From Rhizophagus irregularis (taxonomy: Eukaryota), in the NCBI RefSeq assembly GCF_026210795.1, contig NC_089434.1:682001-746000 (forward strand): a stretch of 64,000 bases of DNA, written 5' to 3'. Below the pieces are notes generated by a model that did no database searches, was not told the origin of the DNA, and was given only the letters and a program-made list of their open reading frames with translations. This document shows positions 1 through 11,386 of the stretch, piece after piece. Within the stretch, counting starts at the first letter, position 1; every line of letters begins with the position of its first letter. The position numbers and the translations under genes were made by a program.

Positions 1-478
1 GCTAAAAATTAAACCCAACAGCATTTTCTATATCATGGAGTTTGTACCCCAAATATCATTCCTGTATTTATTTTAGATGCAAGACCACATTCCAGCGAAT
101 ATTTCAGAAGGGATGGTGCCATTTTTGTATATACTTGGTCAGATTCTGAAGGTGATAGCATTACTATAAAGATCTAAGTGGTAGAGAATGGGCTGATACA
201 GTTAAGGGTCATATCTGTATTGAAGACAATACAAAGGCAGGTCCACCATTACATGCAGAAGATATCATTCAAGGACCTATTACAAGTAATAACAATAGTG
301 TTTATCATTGTTGTAATCCAATTCAATCAGAAAAATTGCAAGTTGTTGCAAGAACCTTTAATGGTATGGATGTATTGGCACCATGTTTTTTATCTTTGTT
401 AATTTACAAAATAGAGGTTTTAGTAGAAGCTTTTAGGAATTTAACATTACTATTGATTATGATGTATTTAGTTAAATA
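1..478 (+). pseudogene. Possible 3' fragment of a disrupted coding sequence (YYKDLSGREWADTV...EDIIQGPITS...)
   Basis: Protein-like frame from 159 to 478, preceded by an in-frame TAG at 156-158 and a different open frame upstream. The 5' part lies outside the window. Confidence 0.25.
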
Positions 479-648
479 ATAATTTTTATTACTATTTGAT
501 TTCTTGAATAAAATCTTTTTCAAAAAAAAATTGCACAAAGCAAATAATTATATCATCATATATAAAATTCAAGTTTCAGATAATGATTTTATCTAAAGTC
601 TAATTAATAATACATTCAAGGTTTCTCCTATGAAAATTAGAGCAATTG

Positions 649-913
649 CCCTATAAAAAAAGAATGTCCGGAAATTGTAGCTGAAAACGTCCAGAAAATG
701 TTTATTTGTCTGGAATATGTCCGGAATATTGCAATATTCCGGACGTTGGAAAATTTCCATTTTCCGGAAAATGTCCAGAAAATGTCCAGGAGGGTTCAGT
801 CCCAGCGTCCAGAAAGTGTCCGGAATATTGCAATTTTCTGGACGTTTTCCGGACACACGGACATTTTCCGGATGTTTTTAGCTACAATTTCCGGACATTT
901 TTTTTTTACAGGG
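649..913. mobile_element. MITE with CCC...GGG termini and 3-bp TSD (CMC/CACTA-like)
   Basis: ~45-bp TIRs ccctataaaaaaagaatgtccggaaattgtagct / agctacaatttccggacattttttttttacaggg. TTG on both sides (646-648, 914-916). Internal tccgga-rich repeats. Confidence 0.85.
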
Positions 914-1430
914 TTGAATAACTTTTTTACATAGATCAGACTTTGAGATTTTTGAAATATGTCTGATATCTGCAGATATTTGTGAATCACAAATTAAGAA
1001 TGTCTTTTCTGAGAATTTTTTTACACCATAAAAATAGTTACTTGTTGTTGCTCAGCTTCACCAAGTCAATTTAAGATTTATATATTTATCTGTACGATAA
1101 AGCTTTTAGAGAAAGAACACATTTTTATTGGTGTGATGTTTGAATCATTTGTAGAGTACATATAATATGGAAGACAAATTTCAGACTCTTGTTATAACAT
1201 CATTTAAGGAAAAAAAATCATGGTTACTATTCGCTAGTTGTCATAAGCAATAAAATTTGTCACTATTTAATAAGGTGACTAAATAATAAATTTGAAATTA
1301 TGTTACTCATTATTATATTATTTTTTCTTTTATGAGTCAATTCTTATATAAATATCTGGAATCAAATTTTTATTTTCTTACATTTATTAATTGTTTTATA
1401 ATTCTTTCTTTTATTTTTTAGTATATCAAT

Positions 1431-3785
1431 ATGATTAATAAGTCTTATATTCTTGCTACTAATGCTAATGATGTTCTATATGCTTTAAAGATTATTAACA
1501 ATGATGAAAAAGATAGCACTTCTCTTATAGATCATCCTGTACTTATTGGATCTCGTGCTGCTAAATGGCATATTCCATTTTTTCGTGATCCAAATGATTG
1601 GGATTTAATGGCAACCATCCCACAATCAATTTCATTTATTAATATAATTCAGTTTAATGCAATTTTTAAATATATAAAATTGATTTATTATCCAGGAAGT
1701 GGACTAAAAATTGTTGGAAAATGTATTGAATCATCTTCATTTACAGACAGAAATCATGGAAATCCTATCTTATTTAATATTGAACTTGTCTCTGATAAAG
1801 TTGATTTCAGAAAAATGAACCCAAATAAAAAAATAGATGATTTACATTATGATGTTGATGATGATGATGATGATTATGATATAGAAAAAGAAAATTATAA
1901 TGATGATTATGATAGTTATGAATATAGTTCAAAAGAAAGTGATGATGAGGATAATGATATTAATAGCGATAAGGAAGATAGTAGCAGTGATATGGAAGAT
2001 AGTAGTAGTGATATAGAAGATAGTATCAGCAATGAGGACAATAATAATGACGATGAGGATATTTCAATTTTTGAAAGTTTTGAAGATACTACTAGACCAA
2101 AAACAAGTTCATTGATGCTTTTAGAATTATGTCATGATATTAAAGATAAAATAATATTTCCAATGATGCCAAGCTTTTTATGTATAGTTGCTCCATTAAA
2201 AATACTTGAAGCTTTAAAATCATCTCATATTAATTATCCATCTAATTTTCAAAAGAATATTACAGATTTACACATATTAAGAGTTTCATTAGGTTATAAT
2301 AAAATGTTAATAACTCAACCATTGTGCAGTCCACAACGTGATGAACCAATTGAGCTTATGTTAAAGACTCGTATTATGGAAACTGAAATTATACAAAAAG
2401 CACAAGTTGGTTTAAATATGAGTAATAATGAGGAATTTTTTGATCATAATAATAAGTTCTCTGTACAAGGGTGTATTCCACATGATGATATACATGAACT
2501 TGTTAAATATGGAGAACATCCCATATATGAAAGTTTAAAGATTGACAAGGTATAAAAATTTTTTATTATTAATGATTAATACAATAATTTTATTTATAAC
2601 TTATGATACTAATTTTTAAATTAATATATAGTCTAAAACATTGATAGAAAAATCTCTTTTTGAAAAGATTGATTATCAAACAAAACTTAATTGTGTGAAA
2701 GAGGAAGCAATGACTATTGCACTTGAAAGATATCTTATTCCAATGGTTTCCAAAAATCAAGAAACTTCTTATAATTTAGCACTTGCTAGAATTTGTACTA
2801 CATTATCTAAAGGTTGGTTTTGTCAATTTGCAATTGATAACTATCCTAAACTTTCGAATCTTGATAAAGATTTGTTATCAATTGCATATGATATAATTGA
2901 TAAATATCCTTTAGAACAAAAAAAACAACTTCCATTAATGTTTAATCCGGAAACTCAAGCTATTTTTGAAACTATTAAACCTTATACTAAAGAAATTTTA
3001 TCTTTTGATAAGATAAAATTTTATAATTATAGTCATTATAATGATTATGAAATTAATAGATCTGGAATTAAGATTACTTCCCCAGTAAATAGATCTGTGT
3101 CAATTACAGCTATTGTTACAACTCTTTATATGGTTTATGAAGAAGGTGAAAAACATTGGTCAGCATCTGTTGTAATTTTACCTAGTGATGAACTAGAGAC
3201 TAAAAGGTAATATTATAAATTCATGTATTTACATACATTTATTTTTGTTTTTATTTATGATATATTTATTTATTTTTAAAATTTCTAGTTATAAAAATTA
3301 TAATAATGACAGTGATGATAAAAGGTACAATTTTTATTACTAAAAAAAAAAAAATTTTTTTTTATGAACAATTATTAATCTTATTTTTTATTTTTAGTGA
3401 TGAGTTTGATGATCCATTAAATATTCACCCTCATTATGATTTGGAAAAACAGAAATATTTTAAATTAACATTAACTTCTAAGAATGTATTTACATTTAAT
3501 TCATTTGAAGATTTATATACATCTATTATGGCTATTAGGGCCAAACCAGCTGATTATGTTGCTAATAAGCTTAAAATTCCCGATGTTAATGGTGATTTAT
3601 TATATAAATATGTATTATATTATTTAAATCCATCTTTCGATGAAAATTCACCACTTAGAAATCATATTGATAATTTGGTAGCTGAAGGAAATATTTCAAA
3701 TATATCTGTAACACAACATCCTTGGTATTCTGCTTGGAATTATACCTTAAAAAACAAGCAATTAGACATGATTTATTATTTATAG
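1431..3785 (+). CDS. Tandem paralog 1: putative nucleotidyltransferase-fold protein with acidic insert; exons 1431-2549, 2632-3206, 3289-3324, 3398-3785
   Basis: GT-AG introns join the three track ORFs in frame. N-terminal LIGSRAAKWHIPFFRDPNDWDL fits the hGS-x-DxD motif. Exon structure is the same in all three copies. Confidence 0.8.
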
Positions 3786-4483
3786 TAGTAATTATTTGTT
3801 TAAGTAGTAATTGTGAAGTTTAAGTTACAATTAAGTTGTATATTTTGATTTAATTTGTTTTATAAATGAATTAAATAATTTTAAATGCAAAATTTTGCTT
3901 TCCAAAGAAAAATTCTGAATTATAAATAAAATATAGATTATATTGATGTGTTAAACAACTTTTTTTTGTTGCCAAGACTATTTAAGATTGTTTCGCAAAT
4001 TATCTTCCTGTATAAATATTTAAAATTCATCAAAATTGAAATAATGAGACCAAATTCTATGATTTCTACACTTTTTATACCAAAATCTTTGTTGGAATAT
4101 ATAATGCCGAATTCGGATGATTTTTATCTTATTCTATAAACCTAAGAATTGCTAAATTATTCTATTTTTAGATTCTTCCTCTAAGCATCTATGAATAAAT
4201 TCACCTAATGAAAATTTAGAGCAAATTAACAATGGAATTATAGATAGAAAATAATTTTAAGTAAGAAAACCAACCTTATTTAGTCCTTATTTTATACTGC
4301 TTGTTTTAAACTGAGTTATGAAATTATTAGATTTACTCACTATATCTTTTATTTCCCTTTGAAACTCGTTTCCATAAGCTGCTTACTTTTAGTAATTAGT
4401 TCTACGTACTTCAATCACCCTATCATCATTTAAGAAAAAAAAATCGTGGTTACTACTCGCTAGTTGTCATGAGCAATAAAATT

Positions 4484-6961
4484 CTTTACTATCAATGTAG
4501 ACTTTTTTGATAACCATATAAAAACCCTATCATAAGTATGTTATAAAATTCATGAGCGCCAACCTGCTATTTTAGTGGTAAATATATTAAAACACTATGT
4601 CATATATGTATTATAACATGAATTTTACAATATGTTCTAGACATGGTTTATTTCGCATTACAATCAATGTTTTATATTTATAACATGTATGTTATTATTA
4701 GTATTATAATAGATATTATATTAATAAAATAATTCTGCCACAATAATTACATAATTAAATAGTAAAATTCGTTAAATGTATTCCATATTATTTTTATTAT
4801 GTAATCCTTCTCCTGTACATCTGTGTAACGAAATGCATTCTAGGTTGCTAATCAACAATTATTAACGGGTGAAGATAAAACCATAAATTACCATCAATAC
4901 ATCAATTTGAAACTCATCTAAAGAGCATACCCAAAATCGAAGATGTTGCCTACAAAATAGACAAAAGAAGAAATAGTTATGTTTTCAAAGCAAAGTTAAA
5001 AAAATTTTCAACCTATTTTGAAACTTACTGATCATAATTTAGAAGTCATACCTACAATAAAAGAAAAAATTATTAACAAAGAATAATTAAAATTAAAAGT
5101 TTTGAGAACGAAACATGTTTTGGAACTTACCGATCACTCAATCTACCGATATCTACAAAAAAAAGGAGAAAAAAACCTTAAAAAATGTTTTTTTTAAAAA
5201 AAAATCCCAAGAAAAAATTTTGAAATGAACTGCTTTGAACTTACCAATCAAAAGTAGTCCTAAAAAAAGAAAAAAAAATTTTAGTTAAAAAACCAAAAAA
5301 AAATAAGTTTTGAGCGAAACTTTTAAGCTTACCAATTTCCACACGTCACAATGTCACATGAGGGTGCCGATCAAAATAATTCAGGTGTCAGCGAAATGGA
5401 ATAAGGAATGAATATTTCAGTCGTGGTTACATTTGCAAGAAAGTGACTCAGAGCTTGCAAAGCTAATATCTACTGATTAAAAATTTCACACCGATATAAA
5501 AAAAATTAGAATAATTTTTTTATTTTAAAAAAAATCCAAAAAATTTTGAAGCATTCGCTTCAAAACCTTACCGTCCAAAGTACCAAAGAAATAACCAAAT
5601 CTAAAAAAAAATAAAATAAAAATTAAACAATTTAAAAAAAGAATTTACTAAAAAAGTTTTGAAATAAAACACTTCAAAACTTCCCAAGAAACCAAGCCAA
5701 AGCTGAAGACAAAAATCTACAAAATAGACAAAAGAAGAAAAAATTAGTTTCTTCAAAATTAAAAAAATATATTTCGCTCTAAAACTTACATCTAAAAACT
5801 GAAGTTGATAACTTACAAAATAGATAAAAGAAGAAATGATTAGTTTCTTCAAAATAATATTAAAAAAGAATTTAAAAAATGAAAATGAAAACTTCCAAAA
5901 CTTACTGATCCAAAGCGAAAAGTTGAAGCTGATTCGTATCTAAAAAAATTTAAAAAAAAAAACAAAAAACAAAAAAAAAGTTTTGAAACAAACGAAACTT
6001 TTGAAACTTTATACCAATTCAAAGCACCAGTGATACTAAAAAAAATAAAATACAATTTTTTAATTTTAAAAAAAATCAAAATAAATAACGATAAAGTTTT
6101 GAAATGAAACTTTCAAAACTTACCGATCTAAAGCAAAAGTTGAAACTGATATAAAAAAAAAAAAGAAAAAAAAGTTTCAAAACGAAACTTTTGAAACTTA
6201 CCAAAAAAAAGTTTTTTTTTTAAAGCTTAAAAAGTTTATCATTTGCCACAGACTATAATTGACTAGTCCGATCAGCTGATCCTTCGTTTTGACTAGTTTT
6301 ACCATTGGTCAAAATGTGATGATTCACATGACCGATCGGCAAAATTTAAAGGTCAAAAGTTTTGATTAAAATGCATAGATAAAATATTATAATTATATTT
6401 GGCAATATATGTAAATAAAATATTGTTATTTTCTAAATTTGAAACATAATAAATTTTTTATCATATTATAATATTTGTGTAATGCATTAGATTTAAACAA
6501 ATTATATCAACGTATGTATCAAAATAATTATTTATTAAGAGAAAAAAATAATTATTGCATAATACTTGACAATTAGTATTATTTTGTAATGGTTCATTAC
6601 ATTATTATTATAATTCAAAAACCTGTCAATATTCATGTTAACATACATGATAACATGTATATATTAGTGTTTGGATCCGAAGCGGTTTTATCCGGTTTTT
6701 ATCCGGTATCCGTTTCGGTTAATTCAGGATGGAACTATCAGAATTACCAATTTTTTGATTCATAATATATTAAATATTCTGGTCGAAATTATAGTCTATT
6801 CAGAGCTGAGATTTAAAATCTTTTTTCGGCAATAATCTCATTTAAAATATTTAAGATTTTATCCGGATCAAAACACTAGTATATATATGTCAACATTATG
6901 ATTACATGGATGGTATAATGATTGTAAAATCATGCCAAAAAAATTGGCCTTGACAGTAAAG
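4484..6961. mobile_element. Non-autonomous TIR element (2.5 kb) in the spacer between paralogs 1 and 2
   Basis: TIRs ctttactatcaatg / ccttgacagtaaag. The empty site aataaaatttgtcact is seen at ~1249-1264 and ~10216-10231. The filled site has an extra TT (2-bp TSD). Confidence 0.8.
6665..6878. mobile_element. hAT-type MITE nested in the 4484-6961 element
   Basis: TIRs tagtgtttggatccg / cggatcaaaacacta. 8-bp TSD gtatatat (6657-6664, 6879-6886). Confidence 0.88.
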
Positions 6962-7137
6962 TTTGTCACTATTTAATAAGGTGACTAATTAATAATTTGA
7001 AATTATGTTTACTCATTATTATATTATTTTTTCTTTTATGAGTGTCAAGTCTTATATAAATATCTGGAATCAAATTTTTATTTTCTTACATTTATTAATT
7101 GTTTTATAATTCTTTCTTTATTTTAATATATCTCAAT

Positions 7138-9499
7138 ATGATTAATAAGTCTTATATTCTTGCTACTAATGATAAAGATATATTACATATTTTAGAAGTT
7201 ATTAAATATAAGGATGAAAAAGATAGAACTTCTCTTATAGATCATCCTGTACTTATTGGATCTCGTGCTGCTAAATGGCATATTCCATTTTTTCGTGATC
7301 CAAATGATTGGGATTTAATGGCAACCATCCCACAATCAATTTCATTTATTAATATAATTCAGTCTAATGCAATTTTTAAATATATAAAATTGATTTATTA
7401 TCCAGGAAGTGGACTAAAAATTGTTGGAAAATGTATTGAATCATCTTCATTTACAGACAGAAATCATGGAAATCCTATCTTATTTAATATTGAACTTGTC
7501 TCTGATAAAGTTGATTTTAGAAAAATGAAACCAAATAAAAAAATAGATGATTTATATTATGATGATGATGATGATGATGATGATGACAATGATGATGATG
7601 ATGATGATGATTACGATGATGATGATTATACAGAAAAAGAAAATTATAATGATGAGTATGATAGTTATGAATATAGTTCAAAAGAAAGTGATGATGAGGA
7701 TAATATTAATAGTGATAGGGAGGATAGTAGCAGTGATATGGTAGATAGTAGTAGTGATATAGAAGATAGTATCAGCAATGAGAATGATAATAATGATGAG
7801 GATTCAATTTTTGAAAGTTTTGAAGATATTAAACCAAAAACAAGTTCATTGATGATTTTAGAATTATGTCATGATATTAAAGATAAAATAATGTTTCCAA
7901 TGATGCCAAACTTTTTATGTATAGTTTCTCCATTAAAAATACTTGAAGCTTTAAAATCATCTCATATTAATTATCCATCTAATTTTCAAAAGAATATTAC
8001 AGATTTACACATATTGAGAGCTTCATTAGGTTATAGTAAAATATTAATAACTCAACCATTGTGCAGTCCACAACGTGATGAACCAATTGAGCTCTTGTTA
8101 AAGACTCGTATTATGGAAACTGAAATTATACAAAGAGCACAAGTTGATTTAAATATGATTAATAATGAGGAATTTTTTGATCATAATAATAAGTTCTCTG
8201 TACAAGGACGTATTCCACATGATGATATACATGAACTTGTTAAATATGGAGAACATCCTATTTATGAAAGTTTAAAGATTGACAAGGTATAAAAATTTTT
8301 ATTATTAATGATTAATACAATAATTTTATTTATAAATTATGATACTAATTTTTAAATTAATATATAGTCTAAAGCATTGATAGAAAAATCTCTTTTTGAA
8401 AAGATTGATTATCAAACAAAACTTAATTGTGTGAAAGAGGAAGCAATGACTATTGCACTTGAAAGATATCTTATTCCAATGGTTTCCAAAAATCAAGAAA
8501 CTTCTTATAACCTAGCACTTGCTAGAATTTGTACTACATTATCTAAAGGTTGGTTTTGTCAATTTGCAATTGATAACTATCCTAAACTTTCGAATCTTGA
8601 TAAAGATTTGTTATCAATTGCATATGATATAATTGATAAATATCCTTTAAAACAAAAAAAACAACTTCCATTAATGTTTGATCCAGAAACTCAAGCTATT
8701 TTTGAAACTATTAAACCTTATACTAAAGAAATTTTATCTTTTGATAAGATAAAATTTTATAATTATAGTCATTATAATAATTATGAAATTAATAGATCTG
8801 GAATTAAGATTACTTCCCCAGTAAATAGATCTGTGTCAATTACAGCTATTGTTACAACTCTGTATATTACTCATCATGAAGTAGGTGAAAAACATTGGTC
8901 AGCATCTGTTGTAATTTTACCTAGTGATGAACTAGAGGCTATAAGGTAATATTATAAATTCATAAATTTTAATATATACATTTATTTTTGTTGTTATTTA
9001 TGATATATTTATTTATTAATTTTTAAAATTTCTAGTGATAAAAATTATAATAATGACAGTGATGATAAAAGGTACAATTTTTATTACTAAAAAAAAAAAA
9101 ATTTTTTTTTATGAACAATTATTAATCATAAATTTTATTTTTAGTTATGAATTTGATGATCCATTAAATATTCACCCTCATTATGATTTGGATGAAGAGA
9201 AATATTTTAAATTAACATTAACTTCTAAGAATGTATTTACATTTAATTCATTTGAAGGTATTATGGCTATTAGGGCCAAACCAGCTGATTATGTTGCTAA
9301 TAAGCTTAAAATTCCCAATGTTAATGGTGATTTATTATATAAATATGTATTATATTATTTAAATCCATCTTTCAATGAAAATTCACGACTTAGACATCAT
9401 ATTGATGAATTGATAGCTGAAGAAAATATTTCAAATATATCTGTAACACAACATCCTTGGTATTCTGCTTGGAATTATACCTTAAAAAACAAGCAATAA
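7138..9499 (+). CDS. Tandem paralog 2 of the putative nucleotidyltransferase-fold gene (4 exons)
   Basis: Near-identical to 1431-3785 with the same introns. Expanded (GAT)n poly-Asp tract. Ends slightly early because TTA became TAA (AAG CAA TAA). Confidence 0.8.
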
Positions 9500-10422
9500 A
9501 GCATGGTTTATTATTTATAGTGGTAATTATTTGTTTAAGTAATTGTGAAGTTTAAGTTACAATTAAGTTGTATATTTTGATTTAATTTGTTTTATAAATG
9601 AATTAAATAATTTTAAATGCAAAATTTTGCTTTCCAACTGAAAGAAAAATTCTGAATTATAAATAGATATAGATTATGTTGATGTGTCAAACAACTTTTT
9701 TTTATTGCCAAGACTATTTAAGATTGTTTTGTAAATTATCTTCCTGTATAAATATTTTAAAATTCATCAAAATTGAAATAATGAGACCAAATTCTATGAT
9801 TTCTACACTTTTTATACCAAAATCTTTGTTGGAATATATAATGCCGAATTCGGATGATTTTTATCTTATACTATAAACCTAAGAATTGCTAAATTATTCG
9901 ATTTTTAGATGCTCCTTCTAAGCATCTACGAATAAATACACCTAATGAAAATTTAGAGCAAATTAACAATGGAATTATAGATAGAAAATAATTTTAAGTA
10001 AGAAAACCAACCTTATTTAGTCCTTATTTTATACTGCTTGTTTCAAACTGTTATGAAATTATTAGATCTACTCTACTTATATCATCGTATCTTTTATTTC
10101 CCTTTGAAGCTCGTTTCCATAAGCTGTTTTTCTTTAGTACATACTTCAATCACCTTACCTGAGACTTTTTCGAAATTTTCCGGCCTATCTTTTAAGGAAA
10201 AAAAAAATTATGAGCAATAAAATTTGTCACTATTTAATAGGGTAACTAAATAATAAGTTTGAAATTATCATTGTTTACTCATTATTATATTTTATGAGTT
10301 AATTCTTATATAAATATCTAGAATCAAATTTTATTTTCTTACATTATTAATTGTTTTGATAATTCTTTTCTTTTTATTTTTAATATATCTCAATATGACT
10401 AATAAATCTTATATTCTTGCTT

Positions 10423-11386
10423 TAGAGGTTGGAACTGACCAAAAAACCTTAATCGATTAATAATCGATTAACCAAGGGCTAGAGATGGGAAAACTTGAAA
10501 AAGGAGCAGCTCGAGTATGGTTTTGGAGTCAGCTTATGGTTCCCAGCTTGGTTCGGTTCAAACTGACTCAAACCGATTTGAACAAACTTGAACCGACTTG
10601 AACCGACTTGACCGACTTGAACCATTTTTATCACGTGACATTACACAAATTTCCAAAAAAGGAAAATGTCACCTGCGAAAAATTTGAAAAATCATGTTGT
10701 ACTGTATTCCGAAAAAGGAAACTCCTGTGCCGATCACTTAATTCCGGCCGGAATTAAGGATTTATTAAAGCCAGTTAGTGTTACAAAAAACTTAGTTTGA
10801 GTCACTTTAAGTCGGTTTGAGTCGCTTGAGTCAGTTTGAGCTGCTTGAACCGCTCAAGTTGGTTTGAGTCAGTTTGAGCTGCTTGAACCGCTCAAGTTGG
10901 TTTGAGTCAGTTTGAGCTGCTTGAACCGCTCAAGTTGGTTTGAGTCAGTTTGAGCAGTTCAAGTCGGTTTAAGTCAGTTTAGACTGAGCCGCTCCAAGTC
11001 AGTTTAACGGCTCTATTGGGCCGGAGTTGAACTGACGAGCTACTTCCCATTTCTACCAAGGGCCCTAATCGATTAATAATCGATTAATATTAAAATATTA
11101 AAAATTTTTTTTTTTGACCGCAGATTGCACCAAATTGTTTTTGATCATACATTTAGTTATAAGGAAAGTCTTATTTATTATTATTATCATTAAAAAATTA
11201 ATACAAATTCTTCCAAGTTCGGAGAACACGTGACCAAAAATTCACAGCTCTGGGCCGCATTAGATAATTTGACCAGAATTATGGGTTGATAATTTTAATC
11301 GATTAACCGATTTTTGAGATACCTTAATCGATTAACTGTCTTAGTCGATTAATTAATCGATTAACCTTAATCGATTCCAAGCTCTA
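10423..11386. mobile_element. hAT-type MITE (outer) with ttaatcgattaa subterminal repeats
   Basis: TIRs tagaggttggaa / ttccaagctcta. 8-bp TSD tcttgctt (10415-10422, 11387-11394). Confidence 0.92.
10480..11055. mobile_element. hAT-type MITE (inner, nested) with 38-bp tandem repeats
   Basis: TIRs tagagatgggaa / ttcccatttcta. 8-bp TSD ccaagggc (10472-10479, 11056-11063). About 3 copies of gagtcagtttgagctgcttgaaccgctcaagttggttt at ~10828-10955. Confidence 0.92.

Noticed and set aside
593..990. Four overlapping short ORFs on both strands
   Set aside because: They lie within the palindromic MITE at 649-913 and are artefacts of its repeats.
3948..4139. 63-66 aa ORF repeated at 9676-9876
   Set aside because: Similarity simply reflects the tandem duplication. 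The 5' halves are in different frames and the third unit lacks the ORF.
7547..7744. Poly-Met ORF
   Set aside because: Alternative frame of the (GAT)n poly-Asp tract.
10800..10990. Regular 38-bp repeats that might suggest a CRISPR array
   Set aside because: Head-to-tail identical units with no unique spacers, inside a hAT MITE, in eukaryotic DNA with no cas genes.
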